Positions 13,101 to 27,600 are shown, counted from the first letter of the stretch. The stretch is 64,000 nt of DNA from Selaginella moellendorffii (GCF_000143415.4 NW_003314381.1:186001-250000), one strand, 5' to 3'. Translations and numbers: made by a program. The notes: a model not told the origin generated them from the letters alone.

Positions 13101-15578
13101 GAACTAAATACTGCCACTTCACACGCTTAAAATACTTCTCATCCGACACCAGCAGTTGATAACTCGTTATTAGAATGTGAAAGCTCGAATCCCTGCCAAA
13201 AGACCAGGAGTTACGCCTTGGACAGGAATTTTGGTAAACAGACCTTCGGTATAGCCTCTTCGGGTTGATGTTCTTCCTCAACACTGTCCGCTCTTGCAAC
13301 CCACCCCAGTAAGGAAGGATCTTCAACTCCGGGCAGAAACGTTTGATTTCATCGGCCCAATTGTTGAGAACAGTTGACGGTGCAACAACTAGGAACGGAC
13401 CCCATATGTTCTTTTCTTCCGCTAGATGCGCTAAGAAAGCCATTGCTTGGATCGTCTTTCCCAATCCCATCTCATCCGCCAAAATTCCATTTAAACCCTG
13501 TAAGAAATGCAGGTAACAAGCTTTCGTCGCTACAATAAAACCGACAGCACCTGCTCGTAGCAGTTGACAAGCCACTGCAGGCCTTTTAGCTGGTATTCTT
13601 TCAAGTTTCCGTGAAAGAGTGACGGTTGATCGACGGATGATGTTGTAGGCATAGTAGATCTGGAAAAATAGAGCGTCAACCTATGACAAGTAGAATGCGC
13701 AATGAACTTACGGATGCAATAAATCGATGTTTTCGCCATGTCCTCGGGCTTCCTCCCCAGGTCCAACTTCCCGTAGCTTTGAGCATTCGTTGTCGAACAT
13801 ATTTGTCTTCTCTTTCTGTTCAAAAGCAGCTTTCTCGGCAGCTCTTAAAGCCTCTTCTCTCAGAGCCGCTTCCTCTGCTGCATCGACTGGACCTTTTGAT
13901 CCAGCCGGATCAGTTTCAAGCTCTAGAGACGCCTTCTGCCCCGTCAGCTTGTTCTGCATGAAATGGCTATAGAGTTCTGTTTGAGTGAGCAGAAAGTTAA
14001 GACGTTGCTGCTGTCTTCTAGCTTCTCGAAACTCCTCGTCTCGCTTTAGAGCTTCAGCAGCATCCTTCTCTTCTCTTCTTCTGACTTCGGCCTGAAATAA
14101 GAGTTCAAAGTTAGCCAAGCCACAACGAAAACAGGAAAGACGCTCACTTGTTCCTTGTCCAGTTTCCTCCAGAAATTAATCATGTCACGCGCAAGCTTTC
14201 TGTTCCGAATTGGCGCATTTTTCATTGCCCTCATGATTTTCGTGTTTCGAAGCTTAACCTGAGAACACACGAGAGAAAGTACGTAAGAACTAACGTCAAA
14301 CCATCAATAAGTTTACCTCTTTTTGACAGGCATCCGTCAAGCGTTTACACTCAGCCATTTGCTTCTTGTGATAAGTTGTGAAGGCCTTGAAATGCTTAGG
14401 CAAGTCCCTTTTCACAAGGCTGACCCAGAACTTCGCAACCTTCTCAACATCCTCGTGCGCAATCTCTGTGGCATTCTTCGTCGTCGCTGGCTTCCTTTGT
14501 ATCCTTCGTTGAATGACCTCATAGCCATCGCCCCTGTCAAGAACTTTTATGTCGTTCACCGGTAATTGCTTTTCTGTCCCCTGCTTCGTGACTGGCATCT
14601 CATACCCATTGATCAACCTTGTGGCCTTCTCCGCATCCAGTACACGTAGAGGAAATTTCGTCCTTGATGTGCCAGTCTTGTGCTTTACCACCACCAAAGG
14701 AACCGGTTCCTTCCCCAGTCGTCGATCAGAGGCGATGATGGCCGCGACGCTTTTGGACGTCACAGGTCCGCTAAGAACGGATTCCTCAACCTGGATAGAC
14801 GCCATGCTCGGCAGCTCAATGCTTTGAGCCAGCTGCTCGTAAAATGGCGGAACCAAAAACTTCAACCCCTCTCCCAAGTCGAGAAGTCGTTCATCCTGTA
14901 AAACCGACGAATCGGCTTGTGAAGATCCCGCGACTGCCACCACCCCGGCCGTGTCCAGACACCTTCCCACAGCATTTGATGTTAGTCGAGCTGCGATGGC
15001 TTCCTTCAAACAAGTCCGCCTATACTTTTGCAGATGCTCTCCAAGCAGACCCCTGTAATGCTCCTCGGATATCTGGACGCAATTGTCATCGTTGCTATCG
15101 GCATCGTCGCGGCATAAAGCCGCACTGCCAGCCTCGGCTTCCACTTGGACTCTTTTTCTTTTCAGCGTCATCTCTGCTTGGGAGCTCAGTGGAATTTCAG
15201 CTCTTTCCTCTTCCAACCGAAGCCTGGAGCTTCCTTCTGTAGAGCACACCACGACTTTGTTAGTCGAAACAAAACCACCGAACCAATAACAGTACCATCT
15301 TCTTGCTCCTCCAAGCTCGCAAAGTCATCCAGCTCCTCGGGAATGTGAAAGTTTAGCAATGGCTACGAGCAGAAATTTCTCTTAGCAAAGGCCAGCCACA
15401 GTCGATCGACAGAATCCAACTGAAAAACTCACCTCCAAATTAAATAAGTCATCGACGGAATAGCTACACCCTTTCAATTCCCACTCCTCCGTCCTGTACA
15501 TTGCGCGAATCATCCATGAACCGCAAGAATCGCAGGAGAAATCACTCACCCGTTCTGCGAGGATGCCGGCATCGTCAT
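10194..15578 (-). CDS. INO80: Chromatin-remodelling ATPase INO80 (DBINO, SNF2_N, helicase-C), many exons
   Basis: [15 protein letters not shown]-terminus; [19 protein letters not shown]; [14 protein letters not shown]; [10 protein letters not shown]; [21 protein letters not shown]; [21 protein letters not shown]. Confidence 0.97.
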
Positions 15579-16276
15579 CGCCGTGCGCGAATCCTCGCTC
15601 CCCGCATTCGTTCTCGGCAGCGCCTAGGCGGAGGACGAAGAAACCCTAGTAGGGCCGCAAGGCAGCGCCATAGCCAGAGCCCTAGGGGAGGACCTTGTTG
15701 TTGATGCCATGGAAGGGGTTGGCGCGCCCTAATGGACGGAATAGGGCCAGGGTGGGCGACATTTTGGGCAGGTGGCCATTTGGGGGGTCCTAAGTCGACG
15801 TAGTGGTAGTAGTAAAGCATGGTGGCCATCGCTCGTCTTCTTCACCCCTTCTTCCCAAACAGTCCCCTCCAAATTTAAAGTGCTTCGTGTGAACGCGGCT
15901 TTTATACTCGCTTCGGTTCGATTCCATTCCCTCCCACCAAACAAACTTCATTTCGTCATCAATCGGAAAAAAGAAAGGAAAAAACAAAAAAGTTGTCTTT
16001 GGTTTTTATTCCTTGTTTCACAAAAAATATTTTCTTTTCTATCTTTATCAATCAATTTTTGAAAAAAAAAATGGTGAATTACTATTTTCCTTTGAAAATG
16101 TATTTTAATTATCGAAATTTTATTTCATTGTGTGAGTGCATGGACCTCACATTTGGTTTTTATTCCTTGTTTTACAACAAATCTCTTCTCTCATGAGCAT
16201 TTGTGCTCGCGATTTACAAAATACACACTTCCAATCCAACACACTTGCGTGCCTTCTTTGTTCTTGTGAACTTCCT

Positions 16277-17463
<1,187 letters not shown>

Positions 17464-18556
17464 TGTCAATCACGAAGAACAGAGGGAAGAAACTCTTTTA
17501 AGAAACTTCCAGTGTTCTTTAGTGTGCGTCCTCTTTTGGATCGCTAGATTGCCAATGGAGCTCCGAGAGCTCCCAAGTTCTTAATATTACTCTAAAGAAC
17601 TCTAGAAAGCTATAGCTATGCAGTGATCCCGAGGTGGCCTTTTGCTGACTATCCTGGGTCACTAGCAACGTAGAAGACTAGAATTCAACGATGGAGTCTC
17701 GACTTCCATGATTTTTCGTTATATATACACTATACTAGCTGTATGGAAAGCGATCAAACTACACAGTTAGTTCTAGAGTCGCCAAAACGAGGTAAATTCA
17801 CGGAGAAAAGTTCCAGCGCCAACGACAACACAAACGAGGTGCTCTAGAGCTTCTCATTCCTCTTTATTCGCTCTATAGCGTCGTCTATTGCCTCTGTGGT
17901 TGGCACTCCATCACAGTTGGATTGGAAATGGATCGATTGACAGGGGAAAGAAGAATCCTTCTCGTTCACTCAAGTGTATTTTCCTTCTTTAATTGGATCT
18001 ATCTTTCAAGCAGTCTGTGGGGGCAAAGTTGGCGACTTTGGTTTGTCCCCTTCTGGTTGTAGAGAGGTCTTAGTCTTTGATTGCAAACGTAGCTTTGCCC
18101 TTATAACACCCCATCTTGATCGTCCTTATTCGTTAGTGGGCATCTTTTCCCCAACTCCACGGATAAAATTTCTGCCATAGGCCTTTCCATTCAGTTCTCC
18201 AGTTATTTCTTGGTGCCTCGTTAGCCTCAGTTAGTTGTAGTTAAAGAAGAGAGAAAAAACAAGAGGAAACACGAAAAAATTAGTTTAAGAATTCGGAGAA
18301 AAGAGAAGCTCTTGTTCATCCATGGTCCACTCTAGCCAAGCCGTCGCTGTTGGACGAGACATGAAATTATTGTACTCTTTTGTATCAGAAAATCCAATAT
18401 TTGTGCTGGTTTTTAGGGCTTTTCTTGGAGATGGCGAGATGTTGCATTCTTAGTGCGTGGACGGACGAGTGGCCAGCTGACGACCTAGAATCACCGAAGC
18501 TTCGATGCCGTGGCTAAAATTTGGCCCCCCGACCAAATTCAAAGATTAAACTAGCG

Positions 18557-18823
18557 TTTTTTGGTTTGCTTAAGGGATGGTAGTGAATATATTTAGAATA
18601 TATTTGAATATTTTAAAATATTCTATCATCTAACGGTTCCTATTCGTTTAGATTAATTTTATATTTGTAATTTATAAACATATTTATAATTTATAAATTT
18701 TCTTAAACCCTTTCTAGTATATTCTTTTTCATTCTATCATCAAATTAATCTTGTATAATTATAAACTTTATGAAACTACTATTAAGCAAACTAAGCGTAC
18801 ATGCAACATGTAGCAATTTATTT
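18557..18823 (+). mobile_element. Short non-autonomous element with asymmetric subterminal inverted repeats and a 3' hairpin (Helentron/HINE-like), copy 1
   Basis: TTGGTTTGCTTAA (18561-18573) ... TTAAGCAAACTAA (18782-18794), then hairpin TACATG-CAA-CATGTA (18798-18812) and a T-rich end. Homologous to 51694-51940 in inverted orientation. Confidence 0.6.
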
Positions 18824-18878
18824 AAAACTTGATCGATACCTAAATTAGGGTTAGGGTTCTCTCTCAAGAGAAGAAACG

Positions 18879-19097
18879 ATGCCGGCGAACAGGCCCCGCG
18901 TCTTCGGATTGTTCGTCTACGCGCCCATCAAATCATCGCTCAATTCCGTCATCAACAGGGCCTGTGCTGCTGGATTGGGCACAATGCTCATCGTGGGTAG
19001 CTTCGCGGTTCACAGCCCGATCATCTTCAGCGCGGCCAAGAGCACGGCGACCGGCGCCGCGCTCAAGGATGTCGAGGAATCGAAGAATGCGAGCTAG
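18879..19097 (+). CDS. Putative 72-aa intronless small protein of unknown function
   Basis: GC-rich ORF directly downstream of telo-box repeats TTAGGGTTAGGGTT; one hydrophobic segment; no recognised homology. Confidence 0.4.
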   Translation: MPANRPRVFGLFVYAPIKSSLNSVINRACAAGLGTMLIVGSFAVHSPIIFSAAKSTATGAALKDVEESKNAS

Positions 19098-19210
19098 ATC
19101 GCTGTAGATTGTTCCCAATTTCCTCTTTGTCGATTCGATCAAATAACAAAGAATGCTTCTTCTAAGCCCTCAAACCTCATAAGCCCTAGTTAGGGTTTTT
19201 GCCTTCCCTG

Positions 19211-21514
19211 ATGAAAGTGGAGGAGGTGAGGGCGCTGGGGAGCGCGCTCCTCGTCTCCAGGGCCAATGTCAACAATTGCTCCACGCTCCTGTCGATCGTC
19301 TCCGCATTTTGCAAGCGCGGCGCTGGATCGTCCTCGTCTGTGGAATGTGTTCTCGAGGCTGTGCGGTGTCTCCAGGCGTTCTTTCTGCCCATTCTCTCGT
19401 CCCAGGGCGTTCTAGGGAAGCCGCAGAGCGACGGTGATGGCTCGGAGACTGCCGAGGCGATCTACAGAGCTTGGCTCAAGAACAAGTTTGAGGAGCTCAT
19501 CGAGCTTCTTATTGCGATCGTGGTTGGGACCGAAGAACATCGACTCGAGGTTTTTCTCTTTTGTATATTTCTTCTTCATTCTTCACAGAACTCCTGTTCT
19601 TGGACGTAGAATGCGGCTTTGGATTCTTTGATGGAGTTGCTTCAAGCAAAGGATTGTCGTGTGGACAATGGAATCTACTTCAAACTCTGCTTGGCTTTGA
19701 CAAGGAAATCGAGTGAGAATGTTTTCGATGCGCTTGCGACTGAGCACTGCAAGGATGCGACTCTCTGGTATGCTTCCCATAGTATTTTGCTAGAAACCAC
19801 ATAGTAACTTTTATACTTCAGCTTCTATACTGTGAAGAATTTTGAGAAGCTTGTGTCTGCTCGCCTTCAAACGTCCCAAAGAGGTTAATCTTTACTCGTA
19901 TCTCTGTAGCAGCTCTGACACTATAAATTGTCAGGAGTGGATGCTACGTTGTCCAGCGACGATGATAAGAGCGTAAGGTAGCGTTGCGTGAACGTATCTA
20001 GTTCCTACTTGAGGAAGCTTTTTGCAGTGTCGATACCTTCACCCGTAACGTGTATGGAGTCATTTCACGTCTCTCGCCCTCCGTTCAAGAAATTCTAAGC
20101 ACTAGTAAGGACATTGTTTCTTGGATTCCGTGGCTGAGCTTGTTTGTCCAGACAAGAAGATCACTGAAAACGCTTTGGATAAAGAAGTAAGTTCTGGAAG
20201 AATTTCCTTGGACTAATCAGCAGTATGTATTTTGACAGTTTACCATCAATCGATTCAAATCTAAAGTCAGAAACCTGTGGTTAAATTTCTTACAGCTTCC
20301 GCTACCTCTTGACGTCTATAAGATGGTGCGTGCTACTAGTTTCTCTTCCCTTAAACAAAGTTTCTTTTCGATGCAGGTGCTTGCTAACATGTCCAAGGTC
20401 GTTTTCTCTATAATTTCGAATCCAATACGTCTCAGGTTTCTCCATGTTATTCTTTTTTTATTTTTTGCTACATCGACTAACTCGGTTTGTCTCAGTGACT
20501 TTCTTACCAAGTCGTATGATCTTGGTGGGGTTTACAGCGTTTTGGCTTTGGACAGCCTGCATATTCTGATGACAAAGTATGGACTGGAGTATCCTGAGTT
20601 CTATGAGAGGCTGTACGCTTTGTTGGACCCGTCGATGTTTTTCACAAAGTACCGGTCTCGATTTTTTGAGGTATGTCACGTAAAGTATCCTTATCGTCGA
20701 CGGAATGTTTATAAATTCTTGCAGTTGCTGGATAGCTGCTTGAGGTCTCCACTCTTGCCAGCTTATCTAGCCGCGGCGTTTGCCAAGAAATTAAGTCGCT
20801 TGTCACTACATGCATCGCCAGCAGGATCACTAGTGGTGATAGCTATGGTTCACAATCTTCTTCGACGGCATCCTTCGATAAATTGCCTTGTTCATCAGGT
20901 ATTAACTCCAGCTTAAAGTTTAGACTAACCATTCGATCGCTTACGTTGTAGAGTTCTCGTTTGCGAGTTGCTAGTAAAGGTGAAGAAGATGTCTCGGACG
21001 CAAAGCTTGGAAGAGATCCCTACCTTGCAAACGAAAAGACATCTAATTGCCGCGCTCTGGGTAATGTGCTTCTTTTTTCTCGTGATTGCTTTACATTTCG
21101 TTTCTGTGTTTGCAGAGAGTTCGTTGTGGGAAATAGAAACACTTCGAAGGCATTACTGCCCTGCTGTGTCAAGGTAACGAACTGTCCTTTAACGAAAGAA
21201 CTGCCAAACTCTAGCGTTTTTCCAGATTTGTGAGCACGCTGGAAGCTGATCTTACCGTCAAGAGGAAGACCACGGAAGTTCAAATCAGCGATTTTTGTTC
21301 TGGATCCTACTCTACTATCTTCAACGAGGAGGTAAGTTTTGTGTGTTCGCGCGTAGTTTTTTTTCGTGGCTAAGTGAAGGTTTTGCAGACAAAGAGAAGA
21401 TTAAAGCAAGTTCCTCTAGCTTATTACAAGGTTGTCCCAAACGCATTGTTTTCCAACAATGAAGAGTTTGCGGGCTGGAGCTTCCCAAAGGAAAAGAAGC
21501 TCAAAGTAATGTAA
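19211..21514 (+). CDS. NOC4: Nucleolar complex protein 4 homolog (CBF/Mak21 domain)
   Basis: DFLTKSYDLGGVYSVLALDSL, YGLEYPEFYERLYALL, LLPAYLAAAFAKKLSRL, NLLRRHP, SSLWEIETLRRHYCPAVSR; stop TAA 21514. Confidence 0.93.
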
Positions 21515-21630
21515 GATCTCGTCCGTTAATGCAGCCGGCCCGACGGACGGCTCGGATTGCTTCCTGTCCCGCCCGTGGCCCAGTTTAAACTCTCTTTGGG
21601 GTTTTATGTAAAGCTATTGTCGTAGCAGCG

Positions 21631-22915
21631 ATGGTGCTGACGAGGAAGCGCAGCGCCGAGCTCGCGTTCCAGGAGAAACTGTGAGTGAATCTATCGATTT
21701 TCTGGAAATCGATCGTTCTTGGATTGTTCCAGCTACAATGCGGACATCTGGGAGTGCATTGCGAGCTTCCTCGACGCGGCCGATCTAGCGCACCTCGCCC
21801 TCACGGCGCGGTTCTTCGTGCCGATAGCCATGGATGAGCGACTGTGGAAAGCGCTTTCGCTCAAGCGGCTCAAGATCGGCAGCGAGGCGGCGAAATTTCG
21901 GCCGCATTTCAGCTGGAGAGAGCTCTATCGATCGGCATTTGGTATGTACTCCTTGTGTCACAGATTCTTGTCCATGTTAACGCGATCGGTCTCTTGCAGT
22001 CACTGGAAGCCATAGCTACAGCATCCATGAACGCGAGAAACATCGAGGTACTCGTTACGTATACAGTCTTTCATTCCATGGTTACGTTTTCCTGTTCTAG
22101 ATTGGATGCGAATAGGTGCTTTTACGCTCGTTTCCGGCAAGGCGCTCGCTGCTGGCAGGCTCTGGCAACGAATCTCAAAGTCAAAGAAGATAAAACTCGA
22201 TGAGAGCTCGGCATTGTGCCTTGTGCCAAACGTGCTCCCTGGCATCTGGATCGCAGGTTTGCTTCAGTTCAAGGTTCCCTTCATCTATTCCTACGACGCT
22301 TTCATTTTACCTTTTTTTTTTTTTTTTTTGCTAGATCTTCATAGGATGCGCTGCGGCGGTTGTAACTTGCCTGCATGCACTGGTTTGGGAGAATTGCATT
22401 TTCATTATCTTCTTAGATGAGCTAAGCCTTGTTTGCAGGGAGAATGCAGACACTGGACTTTCGTAACTGGGAGTTGTTCCTGCACGAAGAGTTCCAGAAC
22501 AGAACATGGTCCTTTAAAGAAATCGGAGTCAGGAACATCCGTGAAAACTGTGACGTCGCAGCTGGAGCAGTGTTCGATTACAAGCGCTTGATCGACAAAG
22601 ACACTGCCAATTCAGGTATCCTTTCTTTTCTTTGTTTCTTTGTTAGATGTTTACTGCGGGCCACAGGCATTCTCAATTTCAAATCATGGACCGCGAAGAA
22701 CGGGAACTATCAACCGACCAGCCGCGTCTCTCCCTTCGGTGCGGCTGGATGTACCAATCTTGAAAAGAATGGCGGTGCGTATAGCAAAAGACTTTTACGC
22801 TGTTGTAGAGTTTTAAAACCACACTTCTGCAGGTTTGCAAGTCAAGTTCTATGCCATGCATGCTGGGGTCGACGGGCCAGTGGTGGCCATTCGCGTTTCC
22901 CAGCAACTATTTTGA
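21631..22915 (+). CDS. F-box protein, RMF/At3g61730-like
   Basis: F-box YNADIWECIASFLD; HIDWMRIGAF; MQTLDFRNWELFL; C-terminus GLQVKFYAMHAGVDGPVVAIRVSQQLF. Confidence 0.85.
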
Positions 22916-24612
22916 CTGATCGAATAATGTGAAAGAAGGCCAAGTAACCTCTCCTTCCTTTCAACAAAGGTGACATCTTCTTCTTAACTTTTAGTAAGTG
23001 CCGTAAGTGAGAGCAACATCCTATCGAGGTTGAAACGCTAGAGTTCTTTGAAGCCGGTTTTACTTTGTGCTTTTGTTTTACAGGCTGAAAAACACTTTTG
23101 TAAGTTCCGTAGCAAAAACCAAATCGAGGTTGAAATGCGTGGAGGCGTTTCTATTTGTTTTTTTTGAAATCTTTGCATCGCAGGTTGCAAGTCTCATGTT
23201 CTCACGTCAGTCCTAAGACTGCTAAAAGCAGCTGGTCCCTTCGCTCTCTACTCGGAAGGAAAAACGAGTTGCTGATCCAATCGATGACTAGTGGTGGATG
23301 ATGCTCGGCTTTCATCAGGATGATGGAGATCACCAGGGGATAGACTTCAAACCGTATTTCATTACCGACAGGCTTGTCAGTTTGAGCAGCTTCGTTTTGG
23401 GATTGTTACAGCTAACAGGTCCTCGCCGGGCGCCTCCTCCTCTGGCAAAGGTTTAGTTGAGGTTTTTTTTCTTCGTTTTCCAGTACCTCTCTAATCGTGG
23501 TTCTTATAGAATTGGAGCGCTGGATGTACGTGTTGTAAGCCACCACCACGTTCTTCGTGTAAGGTATGATGGCAGCAGCATATTCTAGTCTCTAGTTTCC
23601 CTCATACTCTAAGAATGTCAACTGAGGTTGCATGTACCTCGAGCGGCATTTTTCTTGATTTTTTCCTTGGCCTGCCTGATCGATTCTTTTGTATAAGATC
23701 CGCTCCAGTACGAGTCATCAGATTAGATGCATTGCACCTGCCCGTGATTTTTTCTCACGGTTTAGTTTAGTTTGCTTCCTTCTCAGTTACCAACCACCGT
23801 CTTTCTCTTAATCCTCTAGAGTCAAATTTTTGGGATCCAAAGGAATTGGTGTGAGTGGATCCACCCCCTAGTTGTTGGGGCTGTAGCTATTTAGCTACAC
23901 TGCCCCACGGATGGAGATGGCCTCCCGAATGATAGGAGCCCAACCAACGGCTGCGATGCAAGCCAGAGCGCCCGAACGTTCATATTCCTTCTCGAGTCGC
24001 TGTCATGAAAGATTCCGCCGAGCTGGCGCTAGTGTCGCTCTTCGTGAGCCGTCGATGCTTGTGAGCTGAGGCTGTTGGACTGCGTAGCATGAGCCACGTG
24101 CATGGGATCGCCAAATGGCAGTTTCATTTTCTTTTTATTTGCTAGCAGTATATTCTAAGCCCATGAAATTATCTTTTACAGGACGTCCGGTCGGAATGGG
24201 GCTGTAGAACACACTCCTAAGATTCTGTGGGGGAGGAGCAATGGATTCCATGTAGCAGCGTTGCTGAAGGCGAGAGCGACGAGGTATGTGACAGCGTCTC
24301 TCCATTGAATTCCTGTGGTGCACAAGCTGTACGTCAAAAGTTTCCAAGGCGAGCTTCCGCTTTGATTGATCTCCTTCCCGTCGTAGTTACTTTTTAAGTT
24401 ACAACCCGTGCTTTGAGCTTGGTTCCTATCGATTTCGACGCGGCCTTCCAATTTCCAAATCTACAGTCTGGCTGCTCCTGACAGACCAATGTTTGTCTCC
24501 TGTGTTGACACTTGGTGCTTAGCGTCTGCGTGTTCGTTTTCTCCTCGTGCTGCTCGTTCTGAATCTACAAATCTTTTTGTTTCAGGTTGAGAAGCCAGAT
24601 TTCCTGAAAAGA

Positions 24613-27600
24613 ATGTCTACTGTACACCTGCTTTTGCTGCTGCTGCTACTTCTTGTGCGGAGCCCGGTTCCCCTCCAGGCAGAGCACAACATCTTCGACA
24701 GGGGAGCAGGGACTTCTTTCTCTTCTGCAACCGTGAACAGGGGAAACAAACAGGTCCAGATGCAAGTGTGCATCACAATTGGATGCTGCCATCACGTGTG
24801 CAGACAATTCTCAGGAGAGAGTAGTAGCACCACTTCAGTAGAGCAGCAGCAGGAACCTCCAGAGCTGGCATCATTTCTTCAGTATGCCTCACCGCCGCAG
24901 CAGGAAGACGAAGTGTGTCAAGTTTTAGCCCTGGAGGAGCAGCGGAATGACAACGCCGCAGTCGTTCCCAGAAGTCTGGAGTTTAATCAGCAGGCCCTCT
25001 TCTCTCCGTCGATAAAGTTTCTGACTATACTGAACACTGACAACAGCTCCTGGATCAAAATTCTTCAGGCTACCAGCACAGACAAGCAGTTTTTTATCCA
25101 AGCTCTTGACGAGAAAAGCGTCATAGCTCCCGGCGAGAGTCTGACAGTGGCAGTTGTGTTCTTGCCCCGGAAGACTGGAATAGCCAGCGGGAAGATCCTC
25201 TTCCAGACCAGTGCTGGAGGCCTCGAAACTCTGGTGATTGGCGAAGCTGTCGGAAATTCTCATCAGGCTACGAGCTTGGAAGATATTGAAGCAGTCCAAG
25301 GCAAGCTCATCCAGAGAACATTAAGTTTCTACAACCCGGACGAAGAGGCCGTCGAAATCACGGAACTGCATGTCTGGCCTGGAGATTCTCACAAGAAAGC
25401 CCTCTGCTCGCCGGCAACTGATGAGTCGTCACCAACGGATAAAGTCTCCAGCTGCTTCGCAAATGGTTTCCCCTCGGCAATTCTCTCGAAAACAAAGGAC
25501 GAAAAGTATGCTTCGCAAGGAATGCTAGTTTCACTAGAGAGGCTGGACGATCCGTGGATAATTCAGTCACGACAAGCTGCCGACATTGCTCGCCTCGATA
25601 TGACCGTAAGCCGAGCTGGTGCCTGGGATGGGCACGTCTACATAAGATTCTCGCAAAGTGGCGGAGGAAAAGTTATGATTTTTCCATTGGGATTGCAAGT
25701 GTGCCCGGAAGACGGAACCTGCGAAAAAGAATCGTCAGTAGCTGCAACAAAAGTGACCAAGACCGCAAAGCAGGACAATGAAGCAGTGGCTTCCGGAAGC
25801 TGGGTACAAACCAACGATTTGATGGCACTCAGAATGGCGGAGGCACTCCTGAAGGTACGCCCCACGTAACTTTGAAGCTAGCAGCTTAAAACTCAAAGAA
25901 GCCAGCGGCCAACTTTGTGCAGGATTTGGCACATACGTTGTTGAGACAGCGAGATATCCGAAAAGGCGGGTTGGCTGCAAATCAAAACGAGCCAACATTA
26001 ATTCCTGGACAGGTGCTGTCATTCGAAATGGTGCAAATAGGAGTCAAAGAAAAGATGTGGATCAACATAGTCAATCCGACGCAAGAGCCCATACTCATCA
26101 ATCTCATACTTAACACGGAGGCCAAGTCTCGCAACTGTAAGTATAGAGCAAACTGGTTTTGGCAAGGCCACAAGCCACAGGTGCACAGAGATAGCTCGGT
26201 GTTTGCTTTCGACGCAGGCGCTGTGACGGAAGCAATCGTTCAAGGAGGTGGGAAGCTGCAACTCGGTCCATTGTCCTTTCGGACGAGGCAGAAATGCGAC
26301 TGGACAGGACTCCTCTTCGTCAAGAACAATTTCACAGGTTTAGAGTGGATTCCCATCCGCGGGAAAGGAAGCTCCGCAGGACTAGTTTTTCTGGACGGAG
26401 GGTCTGCCGTCAAGAAGCTGAGCATGGCGGTGGAAGTCAGCGCAGGGACTAACTCAACTAGTCTTTCCGACGAACAGATTTGCAACGCTAGAGTTCACAA
26501 GAATTTCCAGGTGAAAAACACTGGGAGCGTAGTGCTGGAGGTCCGGAGGATAGACCTGGCAGAAGCACCGAGCATCACTCTTGGGCGCCAAAGTGGTTTC
26601 AGCCTAGCAGCAGGGGAAACGATAGACATGATGGTCTCTTACAAGCACGACTACCAACACGCAGGGGCAAACAAGCAGGTACTTAAAATGGTGACGAGCA
26701 TTGGAACGATTAAAGCGCCGGTGGTGGCAACGATACGTCGAGAGCTGGTTTCCTTGTGCGGCCCGGACCCAACTTTCCAGGAGAAGGTCGCTTTGCCAGT
26801 TAGCGTCTGCGCTCTGGTCCTAGTTCTCGGGGTCTTCTCCTGGCTACTAGTCCAGGAACTTCCTCAGCAAACGACGCGAAGTAGTCCGGGAGCCAAGGAC
26901 AAGCAGGCCTGGAAACACGTCGCCCGCATTCGGAATCTTTGGAAAGCAAGAGTAAAAGTCGTGGCTAAAAACGCAGGCGACGACAAAAGCAGGGAGAGGC
27001 AGGACCACGGCGTGCCGAGACCCCTCGGCACACGCATGCAGGAGGACGACAAGCTCCACGTCAAGAGAAAGCGAAAACCGAAGAGCACGTCTTCGCCACA
27101 CAGTAGCTCGTCCTCCCCCGGGCCGGACAGCCCCCATTCGAGCTCCGAGTCGGAGCTAAGAGTCCCGGCCATTGAAAGGATCCTCATCTCGTCCAGGTTC
27201 TCCGAGCCCACAATTCCCCCGAGGAAAGCCAAGCCACGGGTCACTCTTTCGAGCAAGGTGGCGGACAAGGAACTCTCGAGTAAGAAGCCCACGGCAGTGG
27301 ACAAGGAACCGGACTTCCACGCTGCATGGGAAGGAAAGAAGCTCGCAGTGAGAATCCCGTCCAAGGAGGAGCCAGTCGATCCACCCGGCCGCAAGACCGA
27401 GAGCGAGGAGCTTCGCGCGGCATGGGAAGAGAGGAAGCTGGCAGTGAGGATCCCGTCCAACGAGCCACTGGAATCGCCCGGCCGCGCGACTGCCAAGACG
27501 AGAAGATCCCCCGCCGCTAAGAACAAGGATGGCAGCAGCCAGGAGAAAACCATCACCACTTCCAAATGCGAGAGCTTGCCACCAGCGATGCCGGACGAGA

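Noticed and set aside
15575-16062. Short ORFs upstream of INO80
   Set aside because: No homology or splice support; probably promoter or UTR.
23830-23910. Possible miRNA precursor (TCCAAAGG resembles the start of miR393)
   Set aside because: The match ends after 8 nt and the nearby stem is too short.
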